This document shows positions 52,059-64,000 of a DNA stretch of 64,000 bases, piece after piece. The position numbers and the translations under genes are program-made. Source of the stretch: Octopus sinensis (taxonomy: Eukaryota); NCBI RefSeq assembly GCF_006345805.1, contig NC_043002.1:73036001-73100000 (forward strand). Reading direction: 5' to 3'. The notes below the pieces were generated by a model, which searched no databases, was not told where the DNA came from, and saw only the letters and a list, made by a program, of their open reading frames with translations. Within the stretch, counting starts at the first letter, position 1, and the number at the start of each line of letters is the position of its first letter.

Positions 52059-52289
52059 AGTCTATTTCTGTTGAAATGCACTGCCTCTGTTCCAATTAAT
52101 TTTGAAAAGTAACAAAGAATTCACTAAAATAACTGTGTTGTTAATAAACTGGTATCTGCAACATAAATTAACATGAAACTTAGATCACTTTCTAACAGGA
52201 AATTTTTGTCATAGATCTAGGAGCAGTCTGAGGTGTGGGTCGGTATCAAAAAGTTTAAATGATGATGATGATGTGTTTGTGTGTGTGTG

Positions 52290-52592
52290 TCGCCTTGTAC
52301 TGGCTTCCATGCCGGTGGCATGTAAAAGGCACCATTCGAGCGTGATCGTTACCAGCATCGCCTTACTGGCACCTGTGCCAGTGACATGTGTAAAAAGATT
52401 AGAGCGAGGTCATTGCCAGTACCACCTGACTGGCCCCCGTGCCGGTGGCACGTAAAAGCACCCACTACATTCTTGGAGTGGTTGGCGTTAGGAAGGGCAT
52501 CCAGCTGTAGAAACTCTGCCAGATCAAGATTGAAGCCTGGTGCAGCTATATGGTTTGCCAGCCCTCAGTCAAACCATCCAACTCATGATGAT
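52290..52592 (+). mobile_element. SINE family E with about 2.5 minisatellite units
   Basis: Units GTGCCGGTGGCAC...GCCAGT..ACTGGC then E tail. Confidence 0.8.
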
Positions 52593-52916
52593 GTCTTTAT
52601 ATGTGTTTGCTGACTGTAAATAAACAAACAGCCTTGCTTTCTCTACAGGTAGTGACATTAGCTTGCAGTCAAACATGAAAGCATGTCTGGGCTTCTGGAC
52701 ATGTCAAGATGTGTTGCACAATATTTGCCAAAAAAAAAAAAAATTGTTTGTAACTGTGTCTGGGTCGTTTTGTTCTTTGGTAGATTAGAAAATCATTACC
52801 TTACTGGAAAATAGGCAAGGGTTGGTGACAGAAAGAGCACCTTACCATCGTAAATCTGTTTCAATGAATTCCATTTGATTCAAGCACCACCAATGGGAAA
52901 GTGGACATTCATTAAA

Positions 52917-52951
<35 letters not shown>

Positions 52952-53359
52952 GGTGTGGTGGTGGTGGCGGTGGCGGCGGCGGCGGCGGTGGTGGTGAAGA
53001 AGAAGAAGAAATGACATGAAAATATTCCTGCATTACCATTTACAAAATTATATTCAGTCATTACAGAACTGCTTAATACCAGGCACTGCCAGTTTCATTG
53101 GCCATAATATAGAATTCAATATTCCAAGTCATTCTTTTCATTTACATATGCTTCCTTGCAAAGTAATAATTCCACCAACAGCCAGCATGGGTGATTTACA
53201 TGTAATCCCAGCTGTTACTAAAATATTCCATCTGAATGTGAGCGTTTCTAATAGTAACCAGTGCTAAGATAGCGTCAGTGATTTCTTTAGATTTGGCACA
53301 AGACTCCATTTGTTTATTTTCTAATTTTTTTCCCTTTCGATATTTATTTTATTTATCTG

Positions 53360-53421
<62 letters not shown>

Positions 53422-53919
53422 TATGTATAGTTTGTAGGGGGCTCTGTATTGTCAAAGGAATGCATTACAGTATTTTGCTGATATTTATTTTTAGAGAGCC
53501 CCCTCACCCTCCACGTGACCCCATCTCCTCTGAATCCTGGAAGGATGAAATAAATGTAACGCTAATCCTTGCGGGCCTGGGACTAAGAGCAGCAAGGAAT
53601 GAAACTAGATACAAAGCCTACAAGTTATCCTGTAGGTGGTAATATGACCTGCTAGAAATAGCAACCAAATTCCCTTCATATTTCTGCCCCGTACACTTTT
53701 GCACATTGGTCCATCTTTGGAAAGGCCTTATAGCCCATTACTTTTTATATGCAAGGAGATTGTTAGTCCCTCACCTATGCCTTTTCCATTTCCTGAGAAA
53801 AAGATGTTGTGGTTGTCTTCCCATGAAGTTGTCATAATTCAGCATTGCTGATTCTGGGAGAAAAACTGATCACCCCTCGAGTAGGTGTCTTCTACAACAG
53901 CCTCTGGTTGACCAAAGCC

Positions 53920-54270
53920 CTTGAAGGGTTTTAGTCAAATAAATTGACCCCAGTATTTATGCTTCAATTTTTAAAGTCTGATACTTATTCTATTGGTCCC
54001 TTTTCCCAAACTGCTAAATTACGGGAACATAAACAAACTAACACTGGGTGTCCAGATGTGAGAGTTATGAACGCGATTACAAAAACACACAAACATGCAA
54101 ATATATCTATACTACTGGCTTCAGTACAGTTTCCATGTACCAAGTTCCTTTACAAGGCATTGTTTGGTCTGGGGCTATAATAGAAGACACTCACCTCATG
54201 GTGGGACTGAACCCAAAACCAAGTGGTTTAATAAAAAAAAGCTTCTTAACCACAGAGCTATTCCTGTGTA
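53920..54270 (-). mobile_element. SINE family A (diverged)
   Basis: Homology to A head and tail. Confidence 0.65.
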
Positions 54271-55119
54271 GTTGAAGATATGCACGAAAACACAAAAAAA
54301 AGAAAGAAAGGAGAAAAATCAGGTTAGCCATGAACAGAATGTCTTAGATCACAGTTCTGCTTAATCAGGGTTGACCTGGAAGCTGAAGAAGAAGAAGAAG
54401 AAGAAGAAGAAGAAGAAGGAGGAGGAGGAGGAGGTGACGGTGCCGCCACCGCCACCACTGCTACCGCTGCCATCCTAACAACTTCTAGTAGAATGTTTTA
54501 CTGCCTTAGCTAGCCACCCGTATCTTGCTGCATTTCACTGAGAGATAAAATAACTCCAAACTTTAAGAAAGTTTTCATTATCAACAACTTTAAAAGTCTT
54601 TGTGATGAATTTTTGTTGCAAATGGGGGTGGATAGAGAACTCAACAACATCAGAAACAGTTCTACCATTGCACATCCTTCATCCTGTCTCTGACTCTCCA
54701 TCCTGCACACTCACTGCCATATTTTTTTTTTCAACTCTTCCATAAATATATATTTGCAGAGTTAGAAATAACTGGTTGACTACTTTTAATATTATATTTT
54801 TCCTGTTCATTTTAACTCTTACCATATATATATATATACACATTACGTAGATGTACTTGCATAGCAAGAGACCTGATCTGAAATTTTGTGCTGAAACAAA
54901 AACAATTGCTGCATGGAATGTGTTTATAAGCCATTTAAAAACACACAAAAACCATTAGATTCATTTCAACATTTAAATTTTATTTGTGTGTGTGTGTATG
55001 TGTATATATATATATATATATATAGTAAATCCCAAAAAATCAACAACATGAGGACATGGTACATGTAAAGTATTAGCAGACGCTCAGGGAAGGAAAGAAT
55101 GGTGGTTTAACGTTTCAAG

Positions 55120-55270
55120 CTGGTGTTACTGTGGTAAGAAGCTTGGTTCCTGACCACATGGTTCTAAGTTCAATCCTACTTGGCACCTTTGGCAGGTATC
55201 TTCTATAACCTCGGACAAACCAAAACCTTGTGAGTGAATTTGATAGAGGGAAAATGATAGAAGCCCGTCG

Positions 55271-55317
<47 letters not shown>

Positions 55318-55512
55318 GTGTGTATCTTTGTGTCTGTCTTTGTTCCCCCACCACAGCTTGACGACTGCTGCTGGTGTGTTTACATTTCCTTAATTTAGTG
55401 TTTCTGCAAAAGAGACCAATATATTCTGGGATCAATTTGTTTGACAGAAATTCCTCAAGCTGGTGCCCCAGCATGGCCAGTCTAAAATGACTAGAACAAG
55501 TAAAAGATAAAA
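55120..55512 (+). mobile_element. SINE family A
   Basis: All modules present. Confidence 0.8.
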
Positions 55513-55962
55513 GCTATATATATTTTTGCAAAACTGGAAATAGCTGGCAAATTATTCCAATTTGTGAAGTATATTTGCCACTTAAATGTGGCTAACCTTT
55601 AAGTGGATGCTACTGTAGCTTGTAGCCCCAGGAGGACACCTCCTCCAGCTGGCTATTATACCTCGCTCAGATATTTATTATTGTTTATTATAGTTTATTC
55701 TAATTTGATTAAATTTTTTTCATTTTATTTTTCAAATTTTATTTTATGTTATTCTGATTCATTTATTTATTATTATTAAAAAAAAAATTTTATCTGTTAA
55801 TGTGTCAACAGGAATGCTTTGCTTCAGACAATTATCTAAATCCAGTGAAATACATATCTTGTCTTTACTGTCTTTGCTATCTTTCAGTTCTACCCAGCTG
55901 TTAACAATCATATATAATATACACATACATACATACATACATACTCTCACATACACAAGCAT

Positions 55963-56003
<41 letters not shown>

Positions 56004-56433
56004 ATCCTCTCTTCTGCTCACTTAAATGTCCCCTTCCATCTTCTCATCTCTACCTCTACCCCTCTGTCTGTCCTTCTGTTTGCCTGTCTGCCTGTCTCTC
56101 TGTTTCTCCCTCTCTCCTTTCTCTCTCTCTGTCTCTGTCTGTCTGTCTGTTTGTCTGTCTCTCTCTCTGGAGGATGGTGGCTAGGAGTGTCCCCTCTCCA
56201 TCTTTCCTTTTTCGTTCACTTGTGTTTGTGAGTGTATGTGTATATATATGTATGTGTTTATATGTTTGTATAGGTGTGTGTGTATACATGTGTATGTATG
56301 AAGTGTATATGTATATATGTAGTTGTGTGTGTGTTTGTGTAACTACAGGCATACACACACACACACACACACACATATATATGCATGTGTGTGGATGTAT
56401 ATGTATGTGCATGTGTGTGTCTGTGTTTGTATG

Positions 56434-56468
<35 letters not shown>

Positions 56469-56642
56469 ATGTGCATGTATTATATCCATGTGTGTGTATG
56501 GATATGTATATACATGTGTGTATATATGTGCATGTATATATATATGTGCATATGTGAGTGTGGGTTTTTGTGCTTGGGTATATTTAAATACTATTTTTCA
56601 TTAAATAAAATGCTCTCACACACACGCACATACACACACACA

Positions 56643-56674
<32 letters not shown>

Positions 56675-56888
56675 TGCACACACTCGCACAGCCTGGCAAT
56701 GTGCTGTGATGGACATAAACCTCAGAAACAGCCATGGTGGGAGAGGGTGCAGTGTTGGTATATTCGTGTATTTTTTCCAGAAATTCTCTATCCAGAAGTT
56801 TATTTATGACAAGGAAAACAGACCACATACTTTGTAAAAATAGAGTAAATCACACAGATAGCTGGGAAATAATAATAATAATAATAAT

Positions 56889-56922
<34 letters not shown>

Positions 56923-57132
56923 GTAATGATAATGATGATGATTTGTTTTTTATGTTTTTTAAAAAAATTTTTTAAAGTAAAAATCTCATGATTCCTATTA
57001 ATATCTTTAAATAGATTCATCAATCATCATCATCATCATCATCGTCACTGTTGTAGTCATTGACCAGCATTGCCACCACTCTGTGCCATCTCGGAGAAAT
57101 TTGCATGTGTGTGTGTGTGTGTGTGTGTGTGA

Positions 57133-57146
57133 TCATCATCATCATT

Positions 57147-57181
<35 letters not shown>

Positions 57182-57578
57182 ATCATCATCGTTTAATGTC
57201 TGCTTTCCATGCTAGCATGGGTTGGTATTTATATATCATCACCATCATCGTTTAACATCCGTTTTCCATGCTGGCATGGGTTGGACGGTTCGACTGGGGT
57301 CTGGGAAGCCAGGAGGCTGTACCAGGCCCCAATCTGATCTGGCAGTGTTTCTACAGCTGGATGCCCTTCCTAACACCAACCACTCTGAGAGTGTAGTGGG
57401 TGCTTTTTATGTGCCACTGGTACAGAGGCCAGAGGAACTGGCTCACCCACAATCAGATGGTGCTTTTAACATTCCACCAGCACGGAAGCCAGTCAAAGCG
57501 GCACTGGCATTGGCCACATTCGGATGGTGCTTTTTACGTGCTACCAGCATGGGGGTCACAACTACAATTTCCATTTGA
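57133..57578 (-). mobile_element. SINE family E with duplicated 3' end
   Basis: Tail CGTTTAA..TTCCATGCT.GCATGGGTTGG occurs at about 57190 and 57249; minisatellite units at 57400-57550. Confidence 0.8.
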
Positions 57579-57630
57579 TTTGATATACCATCGGTAAATC
57601 ATAAACCCAAAATAGAAGCACACTCTAAGT

Positions 57631-58072
57631 CGGCGTTTCTCAGCCAGGGTTCCCCAGATTCCTAGGGTTCCACAAAAGGTTCCCAGGGGTTCTGCAAGAA
57701 AGAGTGAGATAAGCTAATGCTAATTTCATGATTGTAATATTACTATACATGCACAACATATTATTGGTTATTGTAATATAGACATCATCCTATCTAAACT
57801 TATTATGTTATCAAAAAATATAACCACATATATATATTAAATCTAGCTATGTTAATATAGCTATATTAAATCTCTGAGTGAGATGTAAACAGTAGTAGTA
57901 CGGAATTGTAACATATAATTGCCAACCAAGTGTGGTGTTCTGTATTTACCATGTGAACTACAATGAAAAAATATGAGAAAAACATAGTATATAATTTTTT
58001 TGTGCAGGGGTTCCTTGAGACATGTAATTTATTTTAAGGGTTGCACATGGGTAAAAAGGTTGAGAAACACTG
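57631..58072. mobile_element. hAT (Charlie/Buster-like) MITE
   Basis: CGGCGTTTCTCAGCC / GGTTGAGAAACACTG ends; TSD CTCTAAGT / CTCTAAAT; longer version of 24575-24916. Confidence 0.85.
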
Positions 58073-58497
58073 CTCTAAATTATAAAGCTGTAGAGTAATT
58101 AAAGATAGTTATGACTGGTCTATGAGGTTACCCTGGGTTTCACATTTATAAATCGCTTGGTTTTACAGTATTCCTTCAAACCCTAATGTCCAGTGCCCTA
58201 TAACTCCTCTTCAAAGTAGAGGGAGAAAAAAATCTTGTTGGATGTTAAGTGCAAGGGCTTGTCTCCCTTGGACTGCTATTTGTAGTCGATTTGTTGACTT
58301 GTGAGTCCCGGGACTTCAGTAGGAATCTCCTGAAGTGTAAAGCAGGGTCTGAAGACTTCAGTCCTGGAATTTAGGATGTTACCCAGGTCAAGAGAGTTCT
58401 TTTATATCCTCACCTGTTCAGCTTTGCACAGCTTAGAACATTTGCTCTCATTGATGTGGGGGCCTAGTTTTTCTAGGATCTTCCATGAGATCCTATT

Positions 58498-58670
58498 CTA
58501 GCATAGGTTGGACAATTTGACTGAGGACTGGCAAACCAGATGGCTGCACCAGGTGCCAGATCAAAATTGGAGCCTGGTGCAGCCATCTGGTTTGCCAGTC
58601 CTCAGTCAAATCGTCTAATCCATGCTAGCATGGAAAGCGGATGTTAAACGATGATGATGATGATGATGAT
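58498..58670. repeat. Fold-back inverted duplication of SINE E tail
   Basis: Perfect 39-bp arms 58515-58553 / 58573-58611 with a 19-nt loop. Confidence 0.9.
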
Positions 58671-58769
58671 ATATATCAATGTATCAGCCAGACTATCAGA
58701 TGCTGTTATACACTGCTAGTTACAATGTGCTTCTTCACGTTGTCATAACTTTTGAATGATGTTACCCTA

Positions 58770-58958
58770 TTGGCTAGGTGGGCAGGTCAACATTCCCTCT
58801 GGACAAAAAGCCAGTCCATCTCAAGGTTAGCCGAGTGGACTGGAGTAATGTGAAATGAAATATTTTACTCAAGAACTCAATGTACCACCTCTTTGGGAAT
58901 TGAAACCATGATCTAGCAACTGTGGGTGTAACACCCTAACTGCTGCACCATGCATCCT

Positions 58959-58960
<2 letters not shown>
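58770..58960 (-). mobile_element. SINE family C (diverged)
   Basis: GAGTGGACTGGAGTAATGTGAAATGAAATATTTTACTCAAGAAC core. Confidence 0.65.
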
Positions 58961-58998
<38 letters not shown>

Positions 58999-59104
58999 CA
59001 CATCTGTCATCAGCTTAATCTTTCTGCGCTAAGTTATGGCTTCGTAAGCCCCCTGCCTTATAAAAACATAATTCTTATCTCTCATTTGTATCTCTCATAT
59101 ATGC

Positions 59105-59520
59105 ATGTGCACAGGTAGATAGTATTGCACACATTAACAGAGCTTGCTTTGCAACCAAGTGGTTTCAGGTTCAATCCCACTGCATGATACCTTAGGCAAG
59201 TATCTTCTACTATAGACTTGAACTGACCAATGGCTTGTAAGTGAATTTAGTGGATGGAAACTCTGTGGAAGCCCATCATGTGATATGTGTGTGTTTGTGC
59301 CTGTGTTTGTCACCCTCCTGAGTCTTCTTGACAGCTGGTGTTGGTTTGTTTTTGTCCCTGTAACTTAGTGATTCAGCAAAGGAACTGATATAATTAGTTC
59401 TAAACTTAAAACAAAAAAAACAAAAAGAAAAAAAAATTGGGGTCAGTTTGTTTCACTTAAAGCCCTCGAAGACGGTGCCCCAGCATGGCCACAGTCCAAT
59501 GACTAAGACAGGTAAAAGAC
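59105..59520 (+). mobile_element. SINE family A (diverged)
   Basis: All modules present. Confidence 0.75.
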
Positions 59521-59859
59521 AATTATGATTTAGATTGCTTCAGATTCTTTAAACATTTTTGGCTAAAAAAAGAAAAACAAAAAAAAGACAAATCAACAAA
59601 CAATGAAACAAACAAGAAAAACATTTAATGATGGATTTTCGAAATAATTTAAAAAAATTTTTATTTTCAATCTTTGGAATCACATGGAACAAAATGGATG
59701 TCTGCACTGTTAAATATTTCAACCAAATAAACACTACAAATTATGAACTCTTGCCAAAATACATAAGTACTTTCTGCAACCATTTCTTATCTTTTATTTG
59801 GAATCACACTGCATACTTGCTTAATGTGTGTTTCACTTTTAGTTAATTGTTTTTCATGC

Positions 59860-59890
<31 letters not shown>

Positions 59891-59891
59891 T

Positions 59892-59937
<46 letters not shown>

Positions 59938-60283
59938 TTTGTTTGTGTGTGTGTGTGTGTGTGTTTGTGCGCTCGTATTGTTGAGATCTAAGCAATCACC
60001 AGCAATATATAACAACAACCAATTGGTATGTTCAGAATAATGAACTTTTAAATGGTAATGTTTGGTGCTTTGAATTCATTCAAGTTGTGGTGGTGGTGGT
60101 GGTGGTGGTGGTGGTGGTGGTGGTAGTGGTGGTGGTGGCGGTGGCAGTGGTAGCAGTTTCAAATTTTGCCATTTTGGGGGAGGGGATGAGTCGATTACAT
60201 TAATCCAGAGGGATGAGTTGATTATCGACCCCGAAAGGATGAAAGGCAAAGTCGACCCAAGTGGAATGGTAATGATAATAATG

Positions 60284-60330
<47 letters not shown>

Positions 60331-60520
60331 TATGATGATAATAATAATAGTGATGATCTGCTCATTAATTTGCCACTGAAGACCATTCATGCTTACAAAA
60401 TGCATTACAAGTGAATTTACAGGATGTGCGATATATATACAAGACATGTAACTATATAAAGCAAAGGGTGACATGCCAAGGTTTTGTGTGTATGTGTGTG
60501 TGTGTGTATTTATATATATA

Positions 60521-60871
60521 CTAGCAGTATCGCCCGGCGTTGCTCGGGTTTGTAAGGGAAATAACTATAAAGCATTTTTAGAGAGTTATAGCCAAAAAAT
60601 GGGAAAAAAAATGATGGTAAATTTTTTTTTTTAGTTAAAAAGGTCGAGTTGCGTCCCCTAGACAGTCTGTGGTTTGTGTTTCTGATTCTCGACCCCATGT
60701 CGAATTTATCGATTTTTTTCAGAACTGGGGGAACCTTTCAAAATTTTCGCTGCATTAGTTTTGAATTATGACATTGGGCTATGTGTGTGTCAAGTTTCAT
60801 CAGAATCGGTTGAAAGCCGTGGTCAGGGTGAGGGTACAACCTAACAGACACGTCTGCCATTTATATATAGA
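60521..60871 (-). mobile_element. Non-autonomous Helitron
   Basis: Minus strand A|TC...CTAG|T with subterminal hairpin CCCGAGC-AAC-GCCGGG about 14 nt from the 3' end; no TSD. Confidence 0.85.
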
Positions 60872-61246
60872 TATATATATATATATATATCATTGCTATT
60901 ATGCAGAAGTGTCATAAGTCCGAAACATTGCTTTTTCCGAAAACGAACAAATAGTTTCACCCTTCCATTTCATTTTACATTAGCAGCAGTTTCAGCTTAA
61001 CAATTATACATTGTTGGGTGCGTAAAATTGTAACTCCATGCATGTATGATTTTTTTTGGTTTAGAAATATTTTTGCAAAACTGTTGTATGTGGGACTTAC
61101 TACACTTTTGAGAAATGCTAAGCCATCGTACTACAATTTCACAATTTTCATCTGAAGCAGTTGGAGATACAATAGTTTGACCAAAACAACCAACTACTGC
61201 AAGTAAAATTAAATATTGAAAAAAAAAAATATATATATATATATAT

Positions 61247-61294
<48 letters not shown>

Positions 61295-61295
<1 letters not shown>

Positions 61296-61659
61296 TCTTT
61301 TACTTGTTTCAGCCATATGACTGCTGCCATGCTGGAGTACCACCTTTAGTCAAACAAATCAACCCCAGGATCTATTCTTTGAAAGCCTAGTACTTATTCT
61401 ATCAGTCTCTTTTTGCCAAACCGCTAAGTTACAGGGATGTAAACACACTAACATCGGTTGTCAAGTGATGGTGGGGGACAAGCACAGACACACGCAAATA
61501 TATACATATATATATATATGACTGGCTTCTTTCAGTTTCCATGTACCAAATCTACTCACAAGGCTTCGGTCGGCCCAAGGCTAAAGTAGAAGACACTTGC
61601 CCAAGGAGACACACAGTGGAACCAAACCTAGGACCATGTGGTTGGGAAGCAAGCTTCTT
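61295..61659 (-). mobile_element. SINE family A, head truncated (duplicated at 62791-63155)
   Basis: Homology to A; A box lost at the junction with the D head. Confidence 0.85.
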
Positions 61660-62152
61660 GTGGCTCAGTAGTTAGAGCATCAGGCTCACAATCATGAGGT
61701 AGTGAGTTCAATTCCTGGACTAGGCTGTGTGTTGTGTTCTTGAGCAAGACACTTTATTTCACATTGCACCAGTTCACTCGATAGTAGAAATGAGTTGCGG
61801 CATCACTGGTGCCAAGTTGTATCGGTCTTTGCCTTTCCCTTGGCAAGTGTTTTCTATAATTGCTTTGGGCTGACCAAAGCCTTGTGTGGATTTGGTAGAT
61901 GGAAACCGAAAGAAGTTCATGATATAGAAAAGTATATGTGTACATGTGTGTGTCTTTGTATCTGGGCTTGTCCTCTACCACTGGTGTTGGTTTATTTACA
62001 TCCCTGTTACTTAGTGGTTCAGCAAAAGAGATCAACAGAATAAGTACCAGGCTTGGGAAAAAATAAGTACTGGGGTCATTGATTCAGTAAAAAATTCTTC
62101 ATGGTAGTGCCCCAACATGGCTGCCATCTGAAACAAGTAAAAGATAAAAGAT
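61660..62152 (+). mobile_element. Chimeric SINE: family D head and family A body (duplicated at 63156-63648)
   Basis: Switch occurs at shared CCTTGG (61838-61843). Confidence 0.8.
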
Positions 62153-62179
62153 ACACACACACACACACACATTTATGTG

Positions 62180-62352
62180 GGTGTGTGTGGCCTCATGGTT
62201 AGGGTGTTGCATTCATAACTGCAAGATAGTTCAATTCCCAGACCAGCAGTTGCATTATGTTTTTGAGTAAAAGAACTTCATTTCATGTTGCTGCAGTCTA
62301 CTCAGCCATAAAAGGTAACCCTGCAACAGACTGGTGTTCCATTCAATGGGGT
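62180..62352 (+). mobile_element. SINE family C (duplicated at 63676-63848)
   Basis: Head plus CORE-like segment. Confidence 0.7.
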
Positions 62353-62502
62353 GATGTTGAGCTATCCACCTGGCTAGCAGGGTGGCATTATTTGAATGTT
62401 TAAACAATGTGAGGAAGCCCCCAATTGGCCAGCAGCAGTGTATAACAGCATCTGATAGTCTAGCCATTACTGTGGTATATCATAATGATCATAATACATT
62501 AT

Positions 62503-62563
<61 letters not shown>

Positions 62564-62645
62564 ATATATATGTATATATATATATGTGCAAATATATGTG
62601 TGTGTATATATATATATAATATATATATATATGTGTGTGTGTGTG

Positions 62646-62678
<33 letters not shown>

Positions 62679-62738
62679 GTAGGTCCCGGGTTGATTCGGG
62701 GTTAACCACAGTAAGTAAGGTATATATATATATATATA

Positions 62739-62791
<53 letters not shown>

Positions 62792-64000
62792 TCTTTTACT
62801 TGTTTCAGCCATATGACTGCTGCCATGCTGGAGTACCACCTTTAGTCAAACAAATCAACCCCAGGATCTATTCTTTGAAAGCCTAGTACTTATTCTATCA
62901 ATCTCTTTTTGCCAAACCGCTAAGTTACAGGGATGTAAACACACTAACATCGGTTGTCAAGTGATGGTGGGGGACAAGCACAGACACACGCAAATATATA
63001 CATATATATATATATGACTGGCTTCTTTCAGTTTCCATGTACCAAATCTACTCACAAGGCTTCGGTCGGCCCAAGGCTAAAGTAGAAGACACTTGCCCAA
63101 GGAGACACACAGTGGAACCAAACCTAGGACCATGTGGTTGGGAAGCAAGCTTCTTGTGGCTCAGTAGTTAGAGCATCAGGCTCACAATCATGAGGTAGTG
63201 AGTTCAATTCCTGGACTAGGCTGTGTGTTGTGTTCTTGAGCAAGACACTTTATTTCACATTGCACCAGTTCACTCGATAGTAGAAATGAGTTGCGGCATC
63301 ACTGGTGCCAAGTTGTATCGGTCTTTGCCTTTCCCTTGGCAAGTGTTTTCTATAATTGCTTTGGGCTGACCAAAGCCTTGTGTGGATTTGGTAGATGGAA
63401 ACCGAAAGAAGTTCATGATATAGAAAAGTATATGTGTACATGTGTGTGTCTTTGTATCTGGGCTTGTCCTCTACCACTGGTGTTGGTTTATTTACATCCC
63501 TGTTACTTAGTGGTTCAGCAAAAGAGATCAACAGAATAAGTACCAGGCTTGGGAAAAAATAAGTACTGGGGTCATTGATTCAGTAAAAAATTCTTCATGG
63601 TAGTGCCCCAACATGGCTGCCATCTGAAACAAGTAAAAGATAAAAGATACACACACACACACACACATTTATGTGGGTGTGTGTGGCCTCATGGTTAGGG
63701 TGTTGCATTCATAACTGCAAGATAGTTCAATTCCCAGACCAGCAGTTGCATTATGTTTTTGAGTAAAAGAACTTCATTTCATGTTGCTGCAGTCTACTCA
63801 GCCATAAAAGGTAACCCTGCAACAGACTGGTGTTCCATTCAATGGGGTGATGTTGAGCTATCCACCTGGCTAGCAGGGTGGCATTATTTGAATGTTTAAA
63901 CAATGTGAGGAAGCCCCCAATTGGCCAGCAGCAGTGTATAACAGCATCTGATAGTCTAGCCATTACTGTGGTATATCATAATGATCATAATACATTATAT

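Larger units (their letters stand above)
61247..64000. repeat. 1,496-bp near-identical tandem duplication (second copy runs off the window)
   Basis: Identical ORFs at offset 1496 (61754/63250, 61795/63291, 62255/63751); one SNP seen (61405 G vs 62901 A). Confidence 0.95.

Overview
AT-rich, CpG-poor eukaryotic DNA with no intact protein-coding gene that I can support. It reads as intergenic or giant-intron sequence. The repeat content matches what I know of octopus (coleoid cephalopod) genomes, which is an inference and not a database match. The window is dominated by microsatellites and tRNA-headed SINE families (labelled A-E here, many with target-site duplications, TSDs). It also holds decayed Tc1/mariner elements (DD34D, DD37D, DD41D), an ISRm11-like element, hAT, Tc2, Kolobok-like and piggyBac-like MITEs, Helentron-type and Helitron non-autonomous elements, RTE LINE fragments and a truncated Mag-like Gypsy element. 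Almost all listed ORFs are microsatellite or SINE read-through. The most notable structures are modular SINE head/tail swapping around an internal microsatellite, a variable-copy ~66-nt double-hairpin unit inside one SINE family, several fold-back or inverted repeats that could form dsRNA, a near-identical 1,496-bp tandem duplication, and one candidate promoter plus first exon. Boundaries were set by eye and are approximate unless a TSD is quoted.
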